The notes beneath the pieces were generated by a model. It made no database searches and had not been told where the DNA came from. It saw only the letters and a program-made list of their open reading frames with translations. Both the position numbers and the translations under genes were made by a program. A stretch of DNA of 64,000 nucleotides, from the IMG/VR virus record IMGVR_UViG_3300044972_002389, positions 264,604-328,603 of that record, one strand, 5' to 3'. Positions 18,626-27,619 of this stretch are shown piece by piece (the stretch's first letter is position 1; every line of letters starts with the position of its first letter).

Positions 18626-19093
18626 ATGCCTACTCTATGGATGTTGGTGGGTGTGCCTGGCAGCGGGAAGTCCACATGGCTTGATCAGCAGGGCTTTGGT
18701 CGAGACACTGCTATCATCAGCACCGATCAGCACATTGATGCTGAGGCAGCTCGTCAAGGCCGAACATACAGCGAGGTGTTCAAGGGCTTTGTGAAGCGTG
18801 CTACCTCCATCATGAACGCTGATTTGGCCATTGCCATCAAGGATGGAGACGACATTTGTTGGGATCAAACCAATGTCACCAGCAAAAGCCGTGCAGCTAA
18901 GCTGGCCTCTGTGCCCAACACCTACCGGAAGGTGGCAGTGTTCTTTCCCACTCCTGAGCCCAAGGAGCTGGAACGCAGGCTCGCCAGCCGGCCAGGCAAG
19001 CATATTCCCTGGAACATCCTCCAGGGCATGGCCAGTCACTTGGAGATACCCACTGAGGACGAAGGCTTTGATGAGGTTGTGGTTGTGTCATAG
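18626..19093 (+). CDS. AAA_33-type P-loop kinase (polynucleotide kinase-like)
   Basis: MLVGVPGSGKSTW, ISTD, WDQTN...R, P...EGFD. Confidence 0.85.
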   Translation: MPTLWMLVGVPGSGKSTWLDQQGFGRDTAIISTDQHIDAEAARQGRTYSEVFKGFVKRATSIMNADLAIAIKDGDDICWDQTNVTSKSRAAKLASVPNTYRKVAVFFPTPEPKELERRLASRPGKHIPWNILQGMASHLEIPTEDEGFDEVVVVS

Positions 19094-19099
19094 CGCACT

Positions 19100-19210
19100 G
19101 AGCCGGGGAAAATTGCCCTGATAACTCCCAGGGCGGGCTCCGTATTGGGACCTTGGAAACAGGGTTAAGGAGGGGTTAATTTGCCCGTTTAGCAGGAACC
19201 TCCGGCCATA
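19100..19210. ncRNA. candidate structured intergenic RNA, class unknown
   Basis: Several GC-rich stems including a GAAA tetraloop hairpin; see findings. Confidence 0.35.
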
Positions 19211-19279
19211 AAACTATTGACACAACCACACACTACAAATACACTACTGATGATATCAATCCACTGAAAGGATATAAAC

Positions 19280-20005
19280 ATGGCTTTCTTCACTTCATTC
19301 TTCAAAAGCAAGATGGACTCACTGCACGATGGGGCAATCAAGCTGATGGCCCAATGGGACCCTGAGGCAGTTTCTTCAGCCCAGCTACGGGAGTGGGACA
19401 CTCAGGCCCAGGAGATGGCTACGGCTGCTGCACGAGCTGAAACTGACAGCAAGCAGGCTGCTGAGCGACTAGCCAACATCCAAAGTAACTTAGCTCGCTA
19501 CACGGCTGCTGCTGAAAAGCTGCTGACCGCTGGTAACGAAACTGCTGCCAACAAGGCTGCTGATGAAGCACTCTCGTATCAAGCTCAGCTGAAGGATGCT
19601 GAGGAAGAGGCTGCTGATGCCTCTGAGTGGGCTACTGAAACTCGCCAAGCTGCACAAAATGCCCAGCGACTGGTCCTCGAAGGCCGGCAGAAGCTGGACC
19701 GTGCTCGCCGAGACCAAGAGCGTGCGGAACAGGAGGCCAAGGTCTCTGAGGCACGCCGAGCAGAACGGGAACGTATGGCTGGCATCAGCAAAGGGCTGTC
19801 GGGTACAGACGCAGCACTGGATGCTATGGCAGCAAATGCTCGTGAGTCTCGCGAGCGCGCTGCTGCTAACCGTATTCGGAGTGATGCACTGGGCAAGGCC
19901 TCAGACAACGACTCTGCTGTAGCTGCTGCTCTTGCAGAAGTTGACGGCAAAGGCAAAAGCAACAGCCTGCACGAAAAGCTGGCTGCACTTCGCAGTAAGG
20001 TGTGA
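19280..20005 (+). CDS. PspA/IM30-like coiled-coil protein
   Basis: Ala/Glu-rich long coiled coil, DPE motif near the N-terminus, terminal EKLAALR helix as in PspA. Confidence 0.6.
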   Translation: MAFFTSFFKSKMDSLHDGAIKLMAQWDPEAVSSAQLREWDTQAQEMATAAARAETDSKQAAERLANIQSNLARYTAAAEKLLTAGNETAANKAADEALSYQAQLKDAEEEAADASEWATETRQAAQNAQRLVLEGRQKLDRARRDQERAEQEAKVSEARRAERERMAGISKGLSGTDAALDAMAANARESRERAAANRIRSDALGKASDNDSAVAAALAEVDGKGKSNSLHEKLAALRSKV

Positions 20006-20006
20006 C

Positions 20007-20040
20007 AAAAAATGGGGAGGATTGCTCCTCCCCATTTTTT
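20007..20040. terminator. bidirectional intrinsic terminator
   Basis: AAAAAATGGGGAGGA-TTGC-TCCTCCCCATTTTTT between convergent genes. Confidence 0.85.
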
Positions 20041-20671
20041 AAAAGAATGGGTCAGTTATTACTAGATTGCCGTCTCGGGTCATAAAATTTGCATTGTGTA
20101 AATCCCAGGATGTTAATCCATAGTGAGTGGCATACGAAATCAAATTTTGGGATACTTGTTTCCAACTGGGATCTGGGGGACCAATCGTTTGCCAAATGTC
20201 CCAAAGATCTCCCATTATGTCAGATATTGACTCTATATCAATTCCCTCTGCATAGATAAAATCTGCAACTGCATCAAAAACATGGTCCACTAGGGCACGA
20301 ACATTATATTTTTTGGCCAAGAGGTGCAAATATAGCAGCTCAGGCATATAATTTTGTGTTAATCTATTCAAACTAACAGGTAATAGTTTTTCCATTCGCA
20401 CATACACATAAGGTGTCCCAGGAATAGGGCGTATATATCTACTGAATTTGGGAACATGAGTATTGTGTTGGTTGTGCCTACAAAACTCAACAAAGTGCTC
20501 ATACCGGCTGCCTTTGACCCAGATGCGCAGTACATAAGACTCTTTGGGGTGTTCAGCAACAAACGCTTCTTTGCCTGTGCCCAATAATTGCCATCCATTT
20601 TTGCGCAATATTTCGCTAAGGCTTTTGGTTTTTAAGTCTTTTGTAATCTCTAGCTCGTGTAAGTTATGCAT
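20039..20671 (-). CDS. protein kinase-like protein (T7 gp0.7-like), paralog 2
   Basis: LLGTGKEAFV Gly-loop, YVRMEKL hinge, DLHNANFM catalytic loop, ITDP. Confidence 0.7.
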   Translation of the reverse strand: MHNLHELEITKDLKTKSLSEILRKNGWQLLGTGKEAFVAEHPKESYVLRIWVKGSRYEHFVEFCRHNQHNTHVPKFSRYIRPIPGTPYVYVRMEKLLPVSLNRLTQNYMPELLYLHLLAKKYNVRALVDHVFDAVADFIYAEGIDIESISDIMGDLWDIWQTIGPPDPSWKQVSQNLISYATHYGLTSWDLHNANFMTRDGNLVITDPFF

Positions 20672-21314
20672 GGTGACTAGGTAACTTCAGGGGGTCAGAG
20701 ATTACAAGAATATTGCCTCGTAGCATGAAGTTGCCATAATGCATATCCAGCTCACTAGGCCACTTTTTACTTTTTTGGTGTAAGGTCAACAATAAGTCTA
20801 TTGCCTGTTTCCAAGAGCTGTCTGGTTTTCCAATTTTTTCCCATAGTTCGTTTTGAATTTGTTTGTCAAAAATACTGCCTCTTGAAAGTTCTCGGAGGTA
20901 AACCCCTACTGTTAGGGCAAAGTCTAATTCAAACTGATATCCCAGCAGTGTTGTTTGAATATACAAATATGCTAATTCTGGTAGATAATCTTTCATCAAT
21001 TGATTTTGCGTAATGGATTTTAATATTTCCATTCTCACATAATTCATTTCAGTTCCTGGAATAGGTCTTACGTAGCGGCTGAATTTGGGAAAATGTGGAT
21101 TTTCTTGATGTGACTTAACTAAATTGACCCAATCCACATAGGGCGTGTCCTTACTGAAAATTCTAAGCACATAGGGTTTTTCAGGATGACCTACCACTAC
21201 AGCCTCATTACCCCACCCAACAAGCGCCCAGCCATGTTTGTTCACAACTTCTTGCCAGTGAACAGGTCCGCGCTTTTTCAATTGTTTGGTTATTTCCAAT
21301 TCACTAAGTTGCAT
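20664..21314 (-). CDS. protein kinase-like protein (T7 gp0.7-like), paralog 1
   Basis: LVGWGNEAVV, YVRMEIL, DMHYGNFM, ISDP; TAAATA at 21320-21325(-). Confidence 0.7.
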   Translation of the reverse strand: MQLSELEITKQLKKRGPVHWQEVVNKHGWALVGWGNEAVVVGHPEKPYVLRIFSKDTPYVDWVNLVKSHQENPHFPKFSRYVRPIPGTEMNYVRMEILKSITQNQLMKDYLPELAYLYIQTTLLGYQFELDFALTVGVYLRELSRGSIFDKQIQNELWEKIGKPDSSWKQAIDLLLTLHQKSKKWPSELDMHYGNFMLRGNILVISDPLKLPSHHA

Positions 21315-21391
21315 AAGAGTATTTACACTACCACAACTTGGCTGAAGTCAGATGCTAAATTACAATCAATACTTGAAACTGAGATGGAAAC

Positions 21392-21541
21392 ATGAGCAAA
21401 GTTGCAAAGATAATTATTCAAGACGAGGTAAACATTCAAATCACAGGGATCGACCTACCTGTCAAGAGAGCATTGGTTAATTCTGTCAAATACTTCTTGC
21501 CATCAGCTCGGTATAGTCCCGCTTTCAAAATGGGACGATGG
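21392..21541 (+). pseudogene. orphaned 5' fragment of the uvsW helicase gene (first 50 codons)
   Basis: 39/50 aa identical to the N-terminus of 22440..23897; similarity ends abruptly after MGRW. Confidence 0.85.
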
Positions 21542-21591
21542 GTGTTGCATTCTTACAACACCCTAATTACCAGTAATCCCTTAAATTATCC

Positions 21592-22308
21592 TTATTGTGA
21601 TATTGCATCACATCCTAATTTCAAATGTACTTTGAACTGACTTATGCCATAATCCTTATGGCACTGGATACAGCATAGTCTAGGACTGATTGTTCCTTTG
21701 TTGTAAGGCGTCTTGTCCCGAGTTATCCATGCTCTTCGCAATGATTCTTTGTGTTCTTCGGAGCGATTGCGCCCCTTATGTTTTTGACTTATCTTTTGTC
21801 GGGTTTGTTCCGATTGTTTGCCCCTACCTTTTTCCAAATTGACAAGCATTTTTGCCCTAGCCTCAGGAGTTAACACCCGTTCTCTATTACGTAAACTTAT
21901 GAGTGCCTTAGTAGATTCTGAATGCTTGCGGCCAGGACGAGCTTTCAAAGTCTGGCGTATTTTTTCCCGTGTGTCTGGAGATCGAACTGTTCCGCTTGCT
22001 CCATCACCACCATTTGTTTTGTTGTGTAATATGCCTGTTCCTAGATCTTTACGTCCCCATAGTTTTATATGCAATGATTCTATTTGGAAAGCCTGGTGTT
22101 CGGTCAGTCCCTCTGTAATTATTACAATATTAGTTGTATCCTTCGGTATTCGTATATTTTTTGTGTGAAACCTCCAGGCGCGCGCACCACATCCCTTGCC
22201 TACATAATACGGGGTGCCACATAATCCTTGATTAGTGGTTTCGCTGTCTTGATTTCTCAAATAATAATAAACATAGTATCCAAGGGGATACTTTCTGTAA
22301 ATAGCCAT
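21592..22308 (-). mobile_element. free-standing GIY-YIG-type homing endonuclease with NUMOD3 repeats
   Basis: YYVYYYLR...PYYVGKG...R, NKTNGGDG, repeats GRKHSESTKALIS / KQSEQTRQKISQKHKG, C-terminal CxxC. Confidence 0.85.
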
Positions 22309-22439
22309 ATGCTGTTGCTCCTTCTAAGCGATAGAGTGGTTGGGAGCGCCAACTCCGTGAACCACAAGTCTATTTATGTCATTGCATTATTATATTGGCT
22401 GTGATACACTATGATATCATTTATTAATTATGGATTTAT

Positions 22440-23897
22440 ATGACAAAGATAGCTAAAATTATCATAGAAGATGAAGTGAATATATCTATCAAAAATATAG
22501 ATTTGCCCGTAAAACGTGCAATGGTTAAGTCTGTTGAATATTTCTTACCACAAGCCCGATATTCCCCAGCTTTTCGTATGGGTAGATGGAACGGGTGCAT
22601 GTCTTATATGACACTCGGAGGCAAAACCTATCTCAACATTCTGGATCGACTATTACCTGTTTTACAAGAACATGGTTATGAGTTTGAGATTGACGATCAA
22701 CGTGCATTTCACAACATCAGCTTTCCATCAATTGATGAGAATTTTCTAAGTCCTTTGACTTGGCCTGCAGGGCATCGATTTGCTGGTCAACCAATTCAAT
22801 TGCGAGACTATCAAGTAGACGCCATCAATCTCTGTCTCCAAAACCCACAAGGGGTCAATGTACTACCCACTTCAGCTGGCAAAACTATTGTAACAGCCAC
22901 ACTTTCAAAAATTGTTGAAGAGCGTGGACGAACTATCGTTATTGTTCCTAACAAGAATCTTGTGCAACAGACAGAAGAAGATTATCGAAATATTGGTCTT
23001 GATGTAGGGGTATTGTTTGGTGATCGAAAAGAGTACACCTGCAAACACACTATCTGCACATGGCAGAGCTTGAATGTTCTAGACAAAAAGAACAAAGACT
23101 CTCTTGATGGAGATCAGTTAGAGACATTTTTGAAAGATTTGGTGTGTGTGATTTGTGATGAGTGCCATGGAGTAAAAGATTTAAATGTGTTACATCAATT
23201 ACTCACAAGCGTGTTCAAAAACATTCCCATTCGTTGGGGACTGACTGGCACCGTTCCTGAGGAAGAATACAAACAAGTGGGTTTGTTTACTGCTATTGGG
23301 CCGCAAATTGGAAGCCTTACTGCCAAAGAACTGCAAGACAAAGGAGTGCTGGCACAGTGTGATGTAACATGCTTACAAACACAAGAAACATTCCAATATG
23401 GAAACTACCAGGAAGAGTTGAAGTTTTTGGTCACAAATGATCAGAGGCTGCAATGGATGGCACAAACTATCGAGACAATAGCTGAGTCAGGAAACACACT
23501 TGTTCTTGTTGACCGTATTGAAACTGGACAAAAACTCTATAATCAACTAAGTGGAGCAGTATTCATCTCAGGAGAAATGAGTGCCAAAGATCGTAGAGAG
23601 CATTACAAAGAGATCAATTTCAGCGATAATAAAATAATGGTAGCCACATATGGCACCACGTCAACAGGTATTTCAATCAACAGAATCTTCAATCTAGTAT
23701 TGGTTGAAGCAGGCAAAAGTTTTGTAAGAACTATTCAAAGCATTGGGCGTGGATTACGAATGGCAGATGACAAGAGCAGTGTTCAAATTTATGACATCAG
23801 CAGCAAGATGAAGTTCAGTAACAGCCATCTTAACAAACGCAAACAGTTTTACAAAACAAGTGAATACCCTTTTGAGGTGAAAAAAATCCGTTACTAG
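22440..23897 (+). CDS. uvsW: UvsW-like SF2 DNA helicase
   Basis: LRDYQ, PTSAGKT, DECH, GLTGT, QSIGRGLR. Confidence 0.92.
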   Translation: MTKIAKIIIEDEVNISIKNIDLPVKRAMVKSVEYFLPQARYSPAFRMGRWNGCMSYMTLGGKTYLNILDRLLPVLQEHGYEFEIDDQRAFHNISFPSIDENFLSPLTWPAGHRFAGQPIQLRDYQVDAINLCLQNPQGVNVLPTSAGKTIVTATLSKIVEERGRTIVIVPNKNLVQQTEEDYRNIGLDVGVLFGDRKEYTCKHTICTWQSLNVLDKKNKDSLDGDQLETFLKDLVCVICDECHGVKDLNVLHQLLTSVFKNIPIRWGLTGTVPEEEYKQVGLFTAIGPQIGSLTAKELQDKGVLAQCDVTCLQTQETFQYGNYQEELKFLVTNDQRLQWMAQTIETIAESGNTLVLVDRIETGQKLYNQLSGAVFISGEMSAKDRREHYKEINFSDNKIMVATYGTTSTGISINRIFNLVLVEAGKSFVRTIQSIGRGLRMADDKSSVQIYDISSKMKFSNSHLNKRKQFYKTSEYPFEVKKIRY

Positions 23898-23942
23898 TGT
23901 GATTTCAATTTAAATAAGTGATCATCACATTAGGAAACTCCT

Positions 23943-24443
23943 TTGCGCATTTTGACCACAGAAAATACAGCGTATGACTTGAATCAACTTCCTGAAAAAG
24001 TGGATGATTTGCGCTATTGCGTTCTTGACTACAGTGATAGCCACAACATTGACTACTATTGGTACCCATTGATCTTCTTAGATATTTTCCATAGCCCTTG
24101 TGCAGATATCAAAATTGGACCTTACAACATACAAATGCCCTTGGATTGGAGCATTGTTGTGGGAGACAAACACGCTGGTGATTTGGAAATCATGAAGCTA
24201 GTGGACCTAAACGACAAGGATTTTGATGCATTTTGTATCAATCCCATAAAAGGCTACATGCCTGATTTCTGTAACATTGAAATTCTCAATGTGTTCAGTG
24301 ATGTCAAGTGGTATTTTCCCAGATTGAAGAATGGACACATACTGGCCTTTCCATTGACCCAAGGCAGTAATCCCTTATGTGTGTTTTTTGTGAAAGAGCT
24401 GGGCAAGCTGCCCGATCAACTGGATATTCGCCAATTGGTCTAG
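23943..24443 (+). CDS. hypothetical protein
   Basis: TTG start with SD AGGA, TAAATA at 23911. Confidence 0.6.
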   Translation: MRILTTENTAYDLNQLPEKVDDLRYCVLDYSDSHNIDYYWYPLIFLDIFHSPCADIKIGPYNIQMPLDWSIVVGDKHAGDLEIMKLVDLNDKDFDAFCINPIKGYMPDFCNIEILNVFSDVKWYFPRLKNGHILAFPLTQGSNPLCVFFVKELGKLPDQLDIRQLV

Positions 24444-24497
24444 CTTGACGTATTTTCTCTCGTGTGTATAATGGTTGAACACACGAGAGAGGTTGCT

Positions 24498-25940
24498 GTG
24501 AAGATTTTCAACGTTCGGGCTGGCTTTGCTACCAACAGCAGTAGTAGTCACAGCATTGTGATGATTCCAGCCGGAATGCGGGTTGGCACAGATGAGCACA
24601 ACCGCTTTGAATATGGTTGGGAACAGTTCACCCTGGCTGATCAAGAAAGCAAGTCGGCGTATTTTGCCACCCAGCTATACCATGCTCTGGATAGGGAAAA
24701 TGTGTCAGGGGAAACCGCTGTTCAGTTGATGAACAGCTGGCTTGGCACAAACTACACAGCAGACACTTTTTGCAGCTATGGTGTGGACCATCAAAGCATT
24801 TGGGGAATTTTCTCAAGCTCAGATCCTGTTGATGGTGGATTTGTCAAGAGCCTCTACCAGTATGTGATGCGCGATGATGTTGTTATCCTCGGCGGGAACG
24901 ACAACAGCGATGGGCAAACACCCCCAGACGGCAGCTTTGAGAACGACATCACTGCGGCTATCCAACACTCGGGCGAAAAGCGCATTCGCCAGGATGGGGA
25001 TTATTGGACCTTGTTCAGCCCCAGCAGTGGGCACAAGGTGCGGCTCAGCATGCAAGATGACGCTCTTCCTTACGTCAAGAGCACTTATCCTGAGCTCGTC
25101 GACGTTAAGCTGACCGACCACTGCCTTTACAAATGTAATTGGTGTTATCAGGGCAGCACCCCAGAAGGCAAGCATGCACAACTGAGTGAAGTTCTCAATT
25201 TGGTTGATACGTTTAGTCGGATGGGAGTGTTTGAAATTGCTTATGGTGGCGGGGAGACAACTGACCACCCCAATTTCGCAGAGATCATTCAGTACACCGC
25301 AAGTAAGAACATTGTACCAAACTTCACTACTTTTGGTGTTAAGTGGAGTTTGGATCGGGAGAAGGCATTGGCTGTAGTGAACCATGCTGGTGCTATTGGT
25401 GTGAGTATTCACAATGCCAAAGACTTGAACAAAATCTCCAAGATTAGGAGTAACCTAGACAATCACATGAAGAGTCAGGGCGAGAAGTGGTGGAAACTGC
25501 CCTCCATTATGGCTCAGCATGTGGTAGGCAGCGTGGACCTTGCTGAAACAGCAGAACTCCTGGAACGTTGCTGGCAGGAAGGTGTGAACGTTCTTCTACT
25601 CGGCTACAAAAATGTGGGATTTGGTGAAAACTTCGCCCCCCACGATCTCACTGGGTTGGACTTGGTTCTGCGACTTCGGCAGGAAAAAGGCCAGGCCCAC
25701 TACAACGCCAGATTCAGTATGCTGGGAGTGGATACGGCTTTTGTGCAACAGTTTGACCCAATCCTGCAGGAACTGGAGATTCCCAGCGTGTTGAAAACTG
25801 CCGAAGAGGGTAAATTTTCAATGTATGTGGATGCAGTCACTATGCGGCAGGGGCCCAGCAGCTATATGCCAGATCAGATGGTTGATGTGGACACAAGTCA
25901 ACTGCGTGACAGCATCTCCCAAGCCTATATTACCTGGTAG
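24498..25940 (+). CDS. radical SAM protein with N-terminal RxGFxTNSSSS domain
   Basis: CLYKCNWC (CX3CX2C), GGGE; GTG start with GAGAGG SD; promoter TTGACG...TATAAT at about 24445-24472. Confidence 0.8.
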   Translation: MKIFNVRAGFATNSSSSHSIVMIPAGMRVGTDEHNRFEYGWEQFTLADQESKSAYFATQLYHALDRENVSGETAVQLMNSWLGTNYTADTFCSYGVDHQSIWGIFSSSDPVDGGFVKSLYQYVMRDDVVILGGNDNSDGQTPPDGSFENDITAAIQHSGEKRIRQDGDYWTLFSPSSGHKVRLSMQDDALPYVKSTYPELVDVKLTDHCLYKCNWCYQGSTPEGKHAQLSEVLNLVDTFSRMGVFEIAYGGGETTDHPNFAEIIQYTASKNIVPNFTTFGVKWSLDREKALAVVNHAGAIGVSIHNAKDLNKISKIRSNLDNHMKSQGEKWWKLPSIMAQHVVGSVDLAETAELLERCWQEGVNVLLLGYKNVGFGENFAPHDLTGLDLVLRLRQEKGQAHYNARFSMLGVDTAFVQQFDPILQELEIPSVLKTAEEGKFSMYVDAVTMRQGPSSYMPDQMVDVDTSQLRDSISQAYITW

Positions 25941-25946
25941 TCAAAA

Positions 25947-25989
25947 AGAAACCCTCTCAAGTTCGCTCGGGCTTGCTTGAGAGGGTTTC
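25947..25989. terminator. intrinsic terminator hairpin between convergent genes
   Basis: GAAACCCTCTCAAG...CTTGAGAGGGTTTC. Confidence 0.7.
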
Positions 25990-26025
25990 CAGAGTCCACT
26001 GCTTTACCAAGGCAGCGAAACTGTC

Positions 26026-26958
26026 TTAGGTATTGTTGATTTGCACAACAAGGTTGTCAGCAGCCTCAAGGCCCCAAGGAGCTAGCTCACCGGTTTGCCA
26101 AACATAGCTGCCAACCATAGCTTTTTGGGTCAACACAGCAAGATGGGCTGTAAGCTTTGTCACATAGTATGTGCTGCCATTTGCGTCAGTTGCCAGAAGG
26201 TATGCGCCGCCAAACACAGGTGTATCAGTAGTACCCAACGTGCAGAGAGTTTGCCCTTCTGTAGTTTCCATGATGTAGTTGTTGTCACCAGTTTGTTTGA
26301 TGATATCGGCTGGCAAAACTGTGCCACCGTCAATGGTAACAGCATAAGGAGTGATAGCTGGCTCAGTTGTGCTGGTGAGCACTGCTGCGCCAGTTGCTGT
26401 AGCAGTACCGGCGCTGAAAGTAGGTAGAGCATCAGCTACACTAATGTAACCTGAACCAGCTGTTGTCACAGTAACAGAAAGAACCCGCCATGTTACATCC
26501 ACACGAGCGTTGTTGCCTGAGCCGCCATCTAGGCTGAGGTTTGTGATATTGCTGCCTCCAGCAACCTTTGCAGGCAGTGCTGTATATGATCCGCGAACGG
26601 CCAAAACTTCAAAAGCTGTGATAGCTCCTGTGATACCGTCAACTGTGTCAACAACTATCTCGGCCTGCACAGTGTATGTGCCAGCAGTGGTATCACCTAC
26701 CACAGCGCCGCCGCCGATCACTAGCACGTCACCTGCTGTGTAAGATCCACCAGCATTGTTGATGGCAACAGTGCGCAGTTCCATCACCACACTACCCACA
26801 GCTGAAATGCCGCCTGGTAATAATGGCGGGCTAAAGCCCACTGTTGGCAAACTAGTATAATTACCTTGTCCGGTTATGGTTACAGAGGCAACACCTTCGC
26901 CTCCAATTCCCGAGGCAGCCAAGCTGCCAAAATATTTTTTGTTAAGTGGTCGTCCCAT
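26026..26958 (-). CDS. Gly/Thr-rich virion structural protein
   Basis: Start MGRPLNKKYFG; repeated V.SVT.T..GSGY motifs; full TATAAATA at 27038-27045(-). Confidence 0.7.
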   Translation of the reverse strand: MGRPLNKKYFGSLAASGIGGEGVASVTITGQGNYTSLPTVGFSPPLLPGGISAVGSVVMELRTVAINNAGGSYTAGDVLVIGGGAVVGDTTAGTYTVQAEIVVDTVDGITGAITAFEVLAVRGSYTALPAKVAGGSNITNLSLDGGSGNNARVDVTWRVLSVTVTTAGSGYISVADALPTFSAGTATATGAAVLTSTTEPAITPYAVTIDGGTVLPADIIKQTGDNNYIMETTEGQTLCTLGTTDTPVFGGAYLLATDANGSTYYVTKLTAHLAVLTQKAMVGSYVWQTGELAPWGLEAADNLVVQINNT

Positions 26959-27103
26959 TGCTTTTGGTCTCCTACGTGGCGTTCTAGGCCATACGGGGCG
27001 GGTAACCCCATAAAACTGCACCAATTGCAGTTACTGATATTTATATGGATGCCTTGAATGAACCAAGATTACAGCCTACAATTACACTAGATAAGGAAAT
27101 ATT

Positions 27104-27619
27104 ATGGCAAAAGCAGCAACAGCAAAAAGAAGCTTCAAACTGGACCTTATGGTACTGCTGGAGGCTATTGACAAAAAGGATCGCGGATTTTATGCAAATT
27201 TAACTGAAGAAGAGCGCAAGGGCTTTGTACCGAAAGTGGTAGTTCGCTGGCTTTCTGCCGTCCCAGACTCAAATCCCTACAAAGAATATTTTGTACTGGC
27301 AGCTAATGATCTTGTGAACAATGGCTTATGGAATTTAGGCAAACATCCAGAACTGCAATACTTGCTGATGTGTGTTGCTGGTGTGGGGAAAAAACAGTAC
27401 CATCAGTGGATCAGCACCAAGTCTACAGCTTCCAAGACACCCAAGACAGAGGCTTTGCTGACTCAATTGTATGGTGATGTAAATGAAGCAGAGATGATGA
27501 TTTTGAAAACCAATCACAGTGATGAAGAGTTGATGGAAATTGCCAAATACAGTGGAATGGATGACCGTGGTATCAAAGAGCTCAAAGACGAACTCAAAAA
27601 AGCTGCCAAAGGCGATTGA
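27104..27619 (+). CDS. putative clamp-loader small subunit-like protein
   Basis: F.P.VV.RWLS, HPELQY.L, K.YHQWI pattern resembling T4 gp62-like proteins. Confidence 0.5.
   Translation: MAKAATAKRSFKLDLMVLLEAIDKKDRGFYANLTEEERKGFVPKVVVRWLSAVPDSNPYKEYFVLAANDLVNNGLWNLGKHPELQYLLMCVAGVGKKQYHQWISTKSTASKTPKTEALLTQLYGDVNEAEMMILKTNHSDEELMEIAKYSGMDDRGIKELKDELKKAAKGD

Noticed and set aside
19150-19215. c-di-GMP-I riboswitch or hammerhead ribozyme
   Set aside because: Partial resemblance only (GAAA hairpin, CCTCCGGCC.TAAA, CTGATAA); required core nucleotides and pairings could not be placed
21542-22439. Group I intron in uvsW
   Set aside because: The endonuclease is antisense, no intron core is recognisable, and the downstream gene has its own complete N-terminus
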